64,000 nucleotides of DNA from Magnetococcales bacterium. GTDB lineage: Bacteria > Pseudomonadota > Magnetococcia > Magnetococcales > JADFWT01. The DNA is taken from assembly GCA_015233785.1 (NCBI GenBank), contig JADFWT010000002.1:2598-66597 (forward strand), given 5' to 3'. The position numbers and the translations under genes were made by a program. A model generated the notes under the pieces. The model was not told the DNA's origin. It made no database searches and saw nothing but the letters and a program-made list of their open reading frames with translations. This document shows, one piece after another, positions 1 through 8,406 of this stretch; position 1 is the first letter of the stretch, and each line of letters opens with the position of its first letter.

Positions 1-1
1 C

Positions 2-1402
2 AGAGGTATTCGTAGGGCGTTGCATGGCGCGGCGCTGGCGGCCCTGTTGATGTTGCCGTCACAGGTCGAAGCTCAGGCGCTGGAGACGTTGACGTTGAAA
101 AAGGCGTTGGAGATGGGCTATCGCGCCAATCTGAATCTGGAATCCACCCGTGAGACGCTCACCGGGCTGAAACATCTGGAGTCGGCTTCGTATCGTGAGA
201 TGTTTCCGACCATGAAGCTGACGGTCACCCGTGTTGATATTCTTGACCAGTCCAACGCCACCGACAACTCCAAGCCGGAGAGCTACACGGCCAAAGCGGC
301 TGTCACACAGCCCATCTTTAAGGGTGGTTCTCTCTGGTCCACCTGGAAGAGTGCTGAACTGGCCACTGATAAGGGTAAATTGGATGTAATACGCCAGGAG
401 CAGACCCTGATCAAGGATATCAAAACCGCTTGGTACAGCCTGCTAAAAGCAGCCTATCTAAGGGATGAAGCGGAAGAGACGCTGGGACGTCTGAACCAGC
501 ATGCCAAAAATGCCGAGGCGTTTTTTGCCGAGGGGCGTTACTGGCGCAACGAGGTGCTGCAAGCCCAGGTGAAGGTAGCACAGGGTGCCCAGAGTCTGAT
601 TGCCGCGGAGAACACCCTTGAGTTGGCCAAATCGACCCTGAATCAGCTTTTGAAACGTCCATTGGATGCCGAGTTTAATGTTGAGGGTAAACTGGCCAAG
701 GTACCTTTTACCTGGACCCTGAATGACGCCATGAGTTTGGCCCAGGCCAAACGTCCTGATCTGGAGAGCGCTCGGATAGATATCAAGGTGGGTAAATGGA
801 GCGAGGTGAGTACCACCGCTGCCATACTGCCGGATGTGAGCTTGGTGGCCGACTATCTGTGGACGGGTGTGGATAAGGATTTTAACGTCTCCACAACTCG
901 CAAGGGGACAGCCACCATTACGGCGACGTGGGATATTTGGGGTTGGGGCAGTTCGGTGCAGGACATCAAGGCGGCCCAGTCCGATAACAAGGTGTATAAG
1001 CACACCTATGAGAACTTGATTGATACCATCGCCCTGGAGGTGAAGACGGCCTATCTAAGCGCCGATGAGGCGTTCAAGCAGTTGCCGGTGTTGCAGAAGT
1101 CCCTCAATCAGGCAGAGGAGAACTTCAAGGTAAACCAGGTGCGTTATCAGGAGCAGTTGGGGACCGCCACCGATGTTCTGGATGCTCTGGATCTGCTCAC
1201 CACCAGCCGTTCCAGCTATGTCACCGCCATTGCCACCTACCTTACATCGCTGGCTGATCTGGAATATTATGTTGGTGTGCAGGATGCTACAGGCGAGGAT
1301 ATTGGAGCGCAAGCTGGAGAGTTGCTTCCCAAGTTGGGTACGATTCCCGTGCGGTCGGCGACTGCAAAACCTGCCAATGAGGTGGTAACATCCGCTCAGT
1401 AG
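2..1402 (+). CDS. TolC/OprM-family outer-membrane efflux protein; 5' end probably outside the window
   Basis: The ORF track gives 20..1402 from a TTG, but the frame is open back to nt 2. RGIRRA-L-HGAALAALLMLPSQVEA reads like the end of a signal peptide. The sequence has an OEP-like two-repeat layout (LTLKKALEMGYRANLNLES..., second repeat MSLAQAKRPDLESARIDIKV...). Confidence 0.8.
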   Translation, partial: RGIRRALHGAALAALLMLPSQVEAQALETLTLKKALEMGYRANLNLESTRETLTGLKHLESASYREMFPTMKLTVTRVDILDQSNATDNSKPESYTAKAAVTQPIFKGGSLWSTWKSAELATDKGKLDVIRQEQTLIKDIKTAWYSLLKAAYLRDEAEETLGRLNQHAKNAEAFFAEGRYWRNEVLQAQVKVAQGAQSLIAAENTLELAKSTLNQLLKRPLDAEFNVEGKLAKVPFTWTLNDAMSLAQAKRPDLESARIDIKVGKWSEVSTTAAILPDVSLVADYLWTGVDKDFNVSTTRKGTATITATWDIWGWGSSVQDIKAAQSDNKVYKHTYENLIDTIALEVKTAYLSADEAFKQLPVLQKSLNQAEENFKVNQVRYQEQLGTATDVLDALDLLTTSRSSYVTAIATYLTSLADLEYYVGVQDATGEDIGAQAGELLPKLGTIPVRSATAKPANEVVTSAQ

Positions 1403-1410
1403 TATCTGTA

Positions 1411-3255
1411 ATGACCCCCCTGTCTGAACCCGGTAATGACGTGACCAATCCCGTTTCTAAGACGCTCTCGCTGGACGAGGCGTTTAATCTTGCCCTGGAT
1501 CTCTTTCAACAGAGCCGTTTGGAGGAGGCCGATTCTATCTGTCTACAACTGGTTGGTGCCTGTCCTGAGCATGCTGAGGCCACGCAGATGCGTGGGGTTA
1601 TCGCCTATCAGCAGGGGCGCATTGAAGAGGCAGAGGCCCATTTTCGGAACGCCTTTGCGCTCAAGGCCGACTATTATCAGGCCTGCCATCTGCTCAGTGA
1701 GCTGTTAAGGGAAAAGAATCATTTTGATGAGGCACTGGAATACGGTCTTAAGGCGGTAGCGTTACGGGATGATTTTGTCGAAGGTCATCTCAATCTGGCC
1801 CGGATTTATCGCGGCCTGGGGCGCATGGAGGCTTCACTATCCCACTACGGGAAGGTGGCTGAATATTGGCCCGAGAACGCCCACGTTTTTGCTGAATGGG
1901 GCTTTGTTCTGGGTGAGGTCGGACGGCCTTTGGAGGCGATTCAAGTACTTCGCAAAGGGGTAGAGCTTGCCCCCGATGATGCTGATCTATACTCCCGATT
2001 AATATTAACCATGGAGTTGGCGCCTGGTGTGACCATACAGGAGCATCAGCAGGCTCGGGTCGGTTGGGTAGCGCGATTTGCCCCCTCTTTTCCCCAGCGT
2101 CGTTTCACCAACGATCTGGATCCGGAGCGGCGGTTGCGGGTGGGCTATCTGTCGGCGGATTTTCGGACCCATTCGGCAGCCATTGCATATGGGGTTATCA
2201 TTCTTCATGCCGACCGGCAGCGGTTTGAACTGTATTGTTATAACAATCAATCTGGTTCCGGCGATGTGGTGACGGATCGATTTCGAGAGAGCGGCGTGAT
2301 CTGGCGGGATGTTCATGCCCTGGATGATGCAGCGTTAGAGCAGTTGATTCGGCAAGATGGCATTGATCTTTTGGTAGATCTCTCCGGCCACTCTCAGGGA
2401 AACCGTATGACGCTACTGGCCCGGAAACCGGCCCCGATTCAGATGTCCGGTTGGGGTTATCTTACTGGAACCGGCATGGAGACGGTGGATTATCTTCTCG
2501 CTGACCCCTTTATCATTCCTCAGGAAGAGCGTTCGCTATTTTCCGAGACTGTTTTAGATCTACCGGTTTGTATTCATAACTTGCCGCTTGAGCCCTATCC
2601 AGAGGTTGATCCAATTCCCCCAGCCCAGCGCAATGGCTATATTACCTTCGGCTGTTTTAACCGCATGGATAAGAATCATTTGGGCGTTATGGAGATGTGG
2701 GCCAGGGTGTTGCAGGCGGTGCCTGATTCACGGATCCGGTTCTGTATGCCGGTGGAACATCCCGGCATGGCCGAGGAGCCGTTTCGTCAGGTGATGGCTC
2801 GCATGGATATTGATCCGTCACGTCTTATGGTGCGTGGAAGAGTACCCTATTATGACCATTTGGACTCCTTCAATCAGGTGGACCTTCTCTTGGACAGCTT
2901 CCCACATGTGGGGGGTGTTACCAGTCTGGAGGCGCTACGTATGGGGGTACCGATGATCAGCGTCAAGGGGGCCACCATCAGCGCTCGGTTAAATGAGTCG
3001 TTTCTATCGTTGGTGGGGCTCTCAGATTGGATTGCCGAGCATGAGAGCGACTATGTGGAGATGGCCTGCCGTCGTAGTGCCGACCTGGGTGAGCTTGCCA
3101 GACTGAGGCGGGAGCTACGAAGTCGTTTTGACCAATCGCTCATGGGGGATCATGCCGCTTATACAGCTTCCGTAGAGAGGGTCTATCGTCAAGTGTGGCA
3201 GCGTTATGTTGCGTCGGTTTCATCGGTTTCATCGGATAGCGCGGTGTTATTATAG
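1411..3255 (+). CDS. TPR-repeat protein with C-terminal GT41 (O-GlcNAc-transferase/SPINDLY-like) glycosyltransferase domain, paralog 1
   Basis: N-terminal TPRs are followed by RLRVGYLSADFRTHS, DLLVDLSGHSQGNRM, ARKPAPIQMSGWGY, NGYITFGCFNR and LLLDSFPHVGGVTSLEALRMGVPM. The same motif set recurs in three other ORFs in the window. Confidence 0.85.
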   Translation: MTPLSEPGNDVTNPVSKTLSLDEAFNLALDLFQQSRLEEADSICLQLVGACPEHAEATQMRGVIAYQQGRIEEAEAHFRNAFALKADYYQACHLLSELLREKNHFDEALEYGLKAVALRDDFVEGHLNLARIYRGLGRMEASLSHYGKVAEYWPENAHVFAEWGFVLGEVGRPLEAIQVLRKGVELAPDDADLYSRLILTMELAPGVTIQEHQQARVGWVARFAPSFPQRRFTNDLDPERRLRVGYLSADFRTHSAAIAYGVIILHADRQRFELYCYNNQSGSGDVVTDRFRESGVIWRDVHALDDAALEQLIRQDGIDLLVDLSGHSQGNRMTLLARKPAPIQMSGWGYLTGTGMETVDYLLADPFIIPQEERSLFSETVLDLPVCIHNLPLEPYPEVDPIPPAQRNGYITFGCFNRMDKNHLGVMEMWARVLQAVPDSRIRFCMPVEHPGMAEEPFRQVMARMDIDPSRLMVRGRVPYYDHLDSFNQVDLLLDSFPHVGGVTSLEALRMGVPMISVKGATISARLNESFLSLVGLSDWIAEHESDYVEMACRRSADLGELARLRRELRSRFDQSLMGDHAAYTASVERVYRQVWQRYVASVSSVSSDSAVLL

Positions 3256-4994
3256 ATTAAAAAGTCGTTGCGACCCCGCTTCTTGACCTGATACATGGCG
3301 GTATCGGCGGCTTTGATGAGCGCTTCCTGGGTTTCGCCATGCTTGGGAAAGAGACTGATTCCGATGCTGGTGCCGATCTCACAGGTGTGTTCTCCAAAGT
3401 GGAACGGTTCGTTGAGTTGGGTGATGATTTTATTGGCAACGGCTTCAATATCGCCTCGCAGGTTGGTCTGCGTCAGTACCACGGTGAACTCATCGCCGCC
3501 TAATCGCGCCACCAGATCTGATTTTCGCACACAGGCGATGATTTTTTTCGATACTGCTTTTAGAAGCAGGTCTCCCACATCGTGGCCCATGGTGTCGTTA
3601 ACATGTTTAAACTTATCCAGATCAAGAAACATCAGGGCTAATTGTTCGTCATCCCGCTTTGCCCGAGCCAGATATTTGCCGAGCTGCTCTTGGAGCATTT
3701 TGCGGTTGGCAAGTCCGGTAAGAGGGTCAAAGTGGGCTAATTTCTTCAGTTTTTGCTCAATCCGTTTGCGCTGGATCAAGCCTGCCAATGTGTTGGCAAT
3801 CGCTTTCAAAAACTCCTTCTCCTCTCCATCTTTCTCATGGCCATCTCCCACATAGGTGTTGACCACCCCCAGTAGTTTGTCCTGGATCATGATGGGAAGG
3901 CAGTAGTGGCCGTGAGGCTTAATGCCGTCAAAGGTGACATCGTGGCGGTGGTCGATATGGCTGGAGAAGACCAGTTTTTGACTTTCGGCGGCCCGACCGC
4001 ATAGGCAGTAGCCCAGTGGGATCTCAGCGCATGCGGAGAGTAGGTGTTGAGCCAGCCCCATTTGGGCGGTCAGTTCCAGCATTTTGGTCTCTTCATTGAA
4101 CAGAAAGATGGAGCCTTTGGATTCAATCTCCAGCCACTCCACCGACAGAATCACCTTCAACGCCTTGTCCAGTTGCTCTTTGAGGGTGATGGGCTCCAGA
4201 GAGATCTGTAGTAATCGACTGATGGCCACACGGGATTGATGGATGCGTTCGTTGCCCTTTTCATCTATTTTGCGTTGGGTGATATCGCGCACTACAGCGG
4301 CGTAGTGGATATCCTGGTACTGGGTCCAGGAGGCCATGGAGATCTCAACTGGAAACAGCTCGCCATCTTTACGGCGTGCATCAAGTTCAAAGACCGAGTT
4401 GGTCAAGACGCTCTGATCGCCCTGGTTTGCGCGGGCCAGACAGATCAGCAACGCTTCTTGATAGAGTTCCGGCAGCAGTATGGAGACGGGCTTACCCAGC
4501 GCTTCCTGCTCACTATAGCCGAACAAGCGCATGGCCCCCTGATTCCAGAAAATGATGGCTCCCTGCTGGTTAATGGAGATGATGGCATCGTGGGCGGACT
4601 GGGAGAGGGTGTTTGAGAATTCACTACGGGCCAGAAGGCTGCGGTTATTGCTTTCCAAACGCGTGTAAAGGGTGACCAACTCCTGAGAAAAGCTCTCAAC
4701 TTCGTGGACTTGGGTAATGTGAGGCATCCAGCGTCGTAGTCCCAGCAGAGCTGCTCCCAGGCTGAGTAGTCCCAACACGTTAAGTGGGCCCACAAGATCA
4801 CCGGCGATTGATGGCAAGAACGACGTCACCAGTGCCGTCACGGGTATTATAAAGGCAGCGAATGCGGCCCCGCCCAGCATCAGACGCCAGCCATTGGTGC
4901 GTATGGCCGGCCGCTTAGCGCCTGCCCAAATAAATGTTAGCAGGATGGCCGCAACCAACAACACGTAGAGACCATCTATAAGATAGCCCATCAT
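3204..4994 (-). CDS. Membrane-bound PAS-GAF-GGDEF diguanylate cyclase
   Basis: Hydrophobic N-terminus with several TM segments. PAS-like AHDAIISINQQGAIIFWNQGAMRLFGYSEQEALGKPV, a GAF-like middle region, and a GGDEF domain with RLGGDEF and DPLTGLANR. Confidence 0.9.
   Translation of the reverse strand: MMGYLIDGLYVLLVAAILLTFIWAGAKRPAIRTNGWRLMLGGAAFAAFIIPVTALVTSFLPSIAGDLVGPLNVLGLLSLGAALLGLRRWMPHITQVHEVESFSQELVTLYTRLESNNRSLLARSEFSNTLSQSAHDAIISINQQGAIIFWNQGAMRLFGYSEQEALGKPVSILLPELYQEALLICLARANQGDQSVLTNSVFELDARRKDGELFPVEISMASWTQYQDIHYAAVVRDITQRKIDEKGNERIHQSRVAISRLLQISLEPITLKEQLDKALKVILSVEWLEIESKGSIFLFNEETKMLELTAQMGLAQHLLSACAEIPLGYCLCGRAAESQKLVFSSHIDHRHDVTFDGIKPHGHYCLPIMIQDKLLGVVNTYVGDGHEKDGEEKEFLKAIANTLAGLIQRKRIEQKLKKLAHFDPLTGLANRKMLQEQLGKYLARAKRDDEQLALMFLDLDKFKHVNDTMGHDVGDLLLKAVSKKIIACVRKSDLVARLGGDEFTVVLTQTNLRGDIEAVANKIITQLNEPFHFGEHTCEIGTSIGISLFPKHGETQEALIKAADTAMYQVKKRGRNDFLIYNNTALSDETDETDAT
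3214..3235. repeat. Tandem 9-bp repeat (tcggtttca x ~2.4) inside the overlap of two convergent CDS tails
   Basis: Read directly: tcggtttca tcggtttca tcgg. It encodes SVSSVSS on the + strand and DETDETD on the - strand. Confidence 0.9.
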
Positions 4995-5494
4995 ATCCCC
5001 TCTCTTCTGGATAGAAGTCGTTCTTCTGACCCTAATCCATACCCTCGTAATATTATATAGATCTACACTAGCACAAGATTCTGATGATTTCGCTATAGAA
5101 TTGATTTATGTCTATATTCGTATGCTCATTATTGGCCTCAATGGCTATATTTGTGCCTAGGAGTCAGACCGAAAAAATTGGTGTTGACGTGAGCAGGTCT
5201 CGGAAGACGATCTATAGATGATCGGTGCAGGGGAGAAGGTTGGAGTGGGGTACTGCGGGTTATGGATATCAGCGATTCCGTGACGATCTTGAAGAGGACC
5301 GTTTAGATATTTTTGCACTGGAACAGACCGCATAATATCAGAACGTACTGGCGATACGCGATCTTGCCATTCGAGGCTTTGGAGGTGTTGGACCTTCTTC
5401 TGTAGTAGAGAGGTGTCTGACACTTCTTCTTGCTAAGGTAAAGAGTGGGCTCTGGAAAAGTGTATACAGCATATAACAGATTAGATATCTTTCA

Positions 5495-5728
5495 TTAACC
5501 ATTATCTTTTGGAAAAAAAGAAGTACCGTTAGGGTCAACCCGAAGAATATGGAAGCACACTTTAGCAAATCCGCCATCAGCCCAAAGGGCATGCCCGGTA
5601 TTGAAAGCGTCATCCCGGTCTTTGGTGTAGTAGGCGTTCTCTTCTGAGCCCTCTGGAGCAGGCACCCTATAGGTATCCCCTTCAAGTCGTATCGTAACGT
5701 TGACGAGAATATGTGTTGGTTGGTTCAT
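5495..5728 (-). CDS. Small hypothetical protein (77 aa) in the AT-rich islet
   Basis: An AAGGAA Shine-Dalgarno lies ~9 nt upstream of the ATG (reverse complement of 5729-5750). The sequence has non-repetitive, globular-looking composition. I recognise no family. Confidence 0.45.
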   Translation of the reverse strand: MNQPTHILVNVTIRLEGDTYRVPAPEGSEENAYYTKDRDDAFNTGHALWADGGFAKVCFHILRVDPNGTSFFPKDNG

Positions 5729-6200
5729 ATCTGTCTATTCCTTTATCTATATATCAAGGATGTTGCCAACCGTGTATTCCATGCGGGGTTGGGCGCATAA
5801 AAAACTGAACTCTTGATAGCTTGTTCGTTTATCTGAGATTCGTTGTGCTTACCTCGAAGTTGGTAGTTCCTTTACCTCATACATGAGTAGCACCATAAAA
5901 CTAATGAAAGTTATATGTAAATATCATTATCCTTGATAAAAGGTTTCATGCACCTATGAGTTAGCATGATGAACGCCTCTAATGTTCTCGCCATAATAAT
6001 AGATGCGGAAGGTCAACCTCCCAACCCCATAATAACCCTTGGGGAACTGCATGGTATGTATTCATCACCTTCACATAGTCTTATATGGAAATATTCTGAA
6101 AAGGATATGCTTCAAGTAGAAGTTTGAAAAACTTGGCGTACGTCATTCTGCCAGTTCTTGGTGATCTGGCGGAATAGCATTTATAATTGATGACAATCAG

Positions 6201-6836
6201 CTACTTGACTCTAGGCAGCTTACCCTCTGGAAAGGCACGGTAAATGGTTCTCATCAGATCGGTCGCTGAGTGTACACGCATTTTGGCCATCAGGCGGGCG
6301 CGATGATACTCCACGGTCTTAATGCTGATATTCAGATCATCAGCGATGGTTTTGTTTAGTCCCCCAGAGATAATTTTCTCCAATACCTGTCTTTCTCTTG
6401 GCGAGAGTCGTTGCAGTCGTTGGAGTAATTTTTGCTTTTTGTGGTACTTCTTGCGATTCTCATTGGCTAGACTTAAGGCATTCTTAATAATCCTCAGTAA
6501 TTCGCCTTTATCGCACGGCTTTTGAATCAAATCGAATGCGCCCTGCTTCATGGCTCGAATTGTCATGGGCACATCGGCATGGGCTGTGATGATAATCACA
6601 GGCATTTGGTTTCCACGTTCATTGAGCAGGCGTTGCACTTCCAGTCCGTCAATCCTGGGCAAGCGCAGCTCCAGAAGGAGGAGTCCACTCCATGTGGGGT
6701 TAAACGCATCCAGGAAATCGCTGGTCTCGGTGAATATCCGACACGGAAGCTTTTCCGATGCCAGTAACTGTTTCAGCTCGGCCTCGAATGGTGTGTCATT
6801 ATCCAGAACAAAGATGGTGTCACAGGTGTTTGTCAT
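6201..6836 (-). CDS. FixJ/LuxR-type response regulator with atypical receiver (Glu at the phospho-acceptor position)
   Basis: Receiver domain plus LuxR HTH (LSPRERQVLEKIISGGLNKTIADDLNISIKTVEYHRARLMAKM). It aligns by eye to FixJ. The likely start is MTNTCDTIFVLDND at 6836 rather than the ORF-track start at 6902. Confidence 0.8.
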   Translation of the reverse strand: MTNTCDTIFVLDNDTPFEAELKQLLASEKLPCRIFTETSDFLDAFNPTWSGLLLLELRLPRIDGLEVQRLLNERGNQMPVIIITAHADVPMTIRAMKQGAFDLIQKPCDKGELLRIIKNALSLANENRKKYHKKQKLLQRLQRLSPRERQVLEKIISGGLNKTIADDLNISIKTVEYHRARLMAKMRVHSATDLMRTIYRAFPEGKLPRVK

Positions 6837-7454
6837 GATAATCAATCTGGCTTGTTTTTCTTCAAGAGTCTGTTTTTCATCATCTGAAAAACATTCCCGC
6901 ACCGTTTGCGGCGTCTTGAAGAGCGGTTTATTGTATCGGCATATAACAAAAGTAATTCAACCTTAAATGCGTCACCCCTGGTTCGTCTTCCTGTAAGGTG
7001 GCACTCTCCTAATCTAGTGGACGACAAGGTGATAGTAGCGTTAATGGGCAAATCTGGGACTCAGCATATCCTTCGCTGAAGCCTAACCAGGGGGTGATTA
7101 TGCCAATTCAACGGTTACAGCCATCTTTCTCAGTAGCTACAGTATTATAATTCAACCTACTTTGCTACAGATATGATCTACGATTCATCATGGTGATTTG
7201 GATAATAATATATACTTAGGTTTTATTCAAGATGAATTTAAATATTTTTTTGCTGTTGGAATAAAAAAACGGTGGAAAATCGGGTCACAATTAGCCATGC
7301 CGGCTAAAAAAAAACCTCAAGGTGTCAAAAAAGAGAGGAAATGGCTATCATGATGAAGGGATAAAAAGTGCGAATTGTGCCTTTTTATTGGGATATGCTA
7401 CGCGATATGGCCTTGATCAAGAGGGGCTGATCCACTGGGTAAGAGGGAAACGCT

Positions 7455-7949
7455 ATGAACAAAAATTGGATCAAGGGATCCGTCGTGCTGGATGTTGAGA
7501 GCCTTCAGGATGTGCTGCGAGATATGGTGCGTGAGGTGGTTCTTGAGGAGTTAGGAAGGGAAGGCGTTGCTGGAGCGAAGAGCTCCACGGTGCAAGAGCG
7601 CCGGATGCCTCAACCGCGAGAGAGACGTACGGAGGATGCAGAGGCACGTCAAACCGATCTGGTGCAACCTAAACGACGTGATGATGATCGTCAATTCAGT
7701 GCCCGCATTCGAGCGGCCCGTAAAGCACGAGGTTGGAACCGGCGCGATTTGGCGACGGCTGTAGGTATTGGACGCAAATCAATTATCAACATTGAGAGCG
7801 GTCTTTACCCGGTAGGCATGAAGGTGCGAAGACGGTTGGAAGAGGTGCTATTGAGCAGTGGTGCTTCCAGTGCGTCGAGAACGGCATCCAAGTCTGATGG
7901 TAATCATGGGAAAGAGAGTCTATCTGCCACAGACGTTTCGTCTCAATAG
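7455..7949 (+). CDS. XRE-family helix-turn-helix protein with charged N-terminal region
   Basis: HTH-like segment FSARIRAARKARGWNRRDLATAVGIGRKSIINIESG. GGGAAA lies upstream of the ATG at 7455. Confidence 0.6.
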   Translation: MNKNWIKGSVVLDVESLQDVLRDMVREVVLEELGREGVAGAKSSTVQERRMPQPRERRTEDAEARQTDLVQPKRRDDDRQFSARIRAARKARGWNRRDLATAVGIGRKSIINIESGLYPVGMKVRRRLEEVLLSSGASSASRTASKSDGNHGKESLSATDVSSQ

Positions 7950-7991
7950 AAGATGCCACGGTCCCCATACAGGAGGGCCGAGGGCATCTTC
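7949..7991. terminator. Imperfect hairpin between convergent genes (possible bidirectional terminator)
   Basis: gaagatgcc (7949-7957) pairs with ggcatcttc (7983-7991) around a partly self-complementary loop. There is no clear U-tract. Confidence 0.3.
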
Positions 7992-8018
7992 TTCAAGATC
8001 TTTGTAGCAGGCTATGTT

Positions 8019-8297
8019 CTACCAAGCTTTGTCCAGGCCAAGCTGTGCCCGGCGTTCTGCCAAATTAAGGGGCATGGCAGTATCCCTGCTCATTAGATCA
8101 TCATCGTCATCCAGATCATTGTCAAAAAACCCACCGTTGGTGACGAGGGTTTCATAGATGGCGTCATCTGGCAGCCCATCCAGTTCCACCACTGCCTTGT
8201 GGACGTTCTCCATAAAGATAGGCAGCTCCGCTCTTGGAACCTTGTTGGTAGAGAGATAGGCTTTGAGAATGCGGATGGTATGGTCCAGTTGCGACAT
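8019..8297 (-). CDS. MucR/Ros N-terminal-domain-only paralog (no zinc finger, acidic C-terminal half)
   Basis: MSQLDHTIRILKAYLSTNKVPRAELPIFMENVHKAVVEL aligns with MSLTNHTAKIVEAYVSKNKIAMDEIPSFMESIHNRLLKL of the full-length MucR at 12298..12759. The CxxC...HxxxxH finger is absent and is replaced by DNDLDDDDDL. Confidence 0.75.
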   Translation of the reverse strand: MSQLDHTIRILKAYLSTNKVPRAELPIFMENVHKAVVELDGLPDDAIYETLVTNGGFFDNDLDDDDDLMSRDTAMPLNLAERRAQLGLDKAW

Positions 8298-8406
8298 GGG
8301 TTCGCGCCTTTCGATGCGGTTGAAGAGTCTGCTACCCCCGTTGTTACAACATTGGTGCCATTCTTATATATCCCATTAAAAAAAAATAATACCCACGTCT
8401 CCATGA

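Noticed and set aside
5157-5685. Overlapping 88-aa and 115-aa - strand ORFs in the AT-rich islet
   Set aside because: Neither has a convincing RBS or any motif. They overlap each other and the better-supported 77-aa ORF, so they are probably non-coding.
5000-7450. Mobile genetic element or genomic island
   Set aside because: I can see no integrase, transposase, flanking tRNA or direct or inverted terminal repeats. Only the compositional shift is observable, so it is reported as an AT-rich islet rather than a mobile element.
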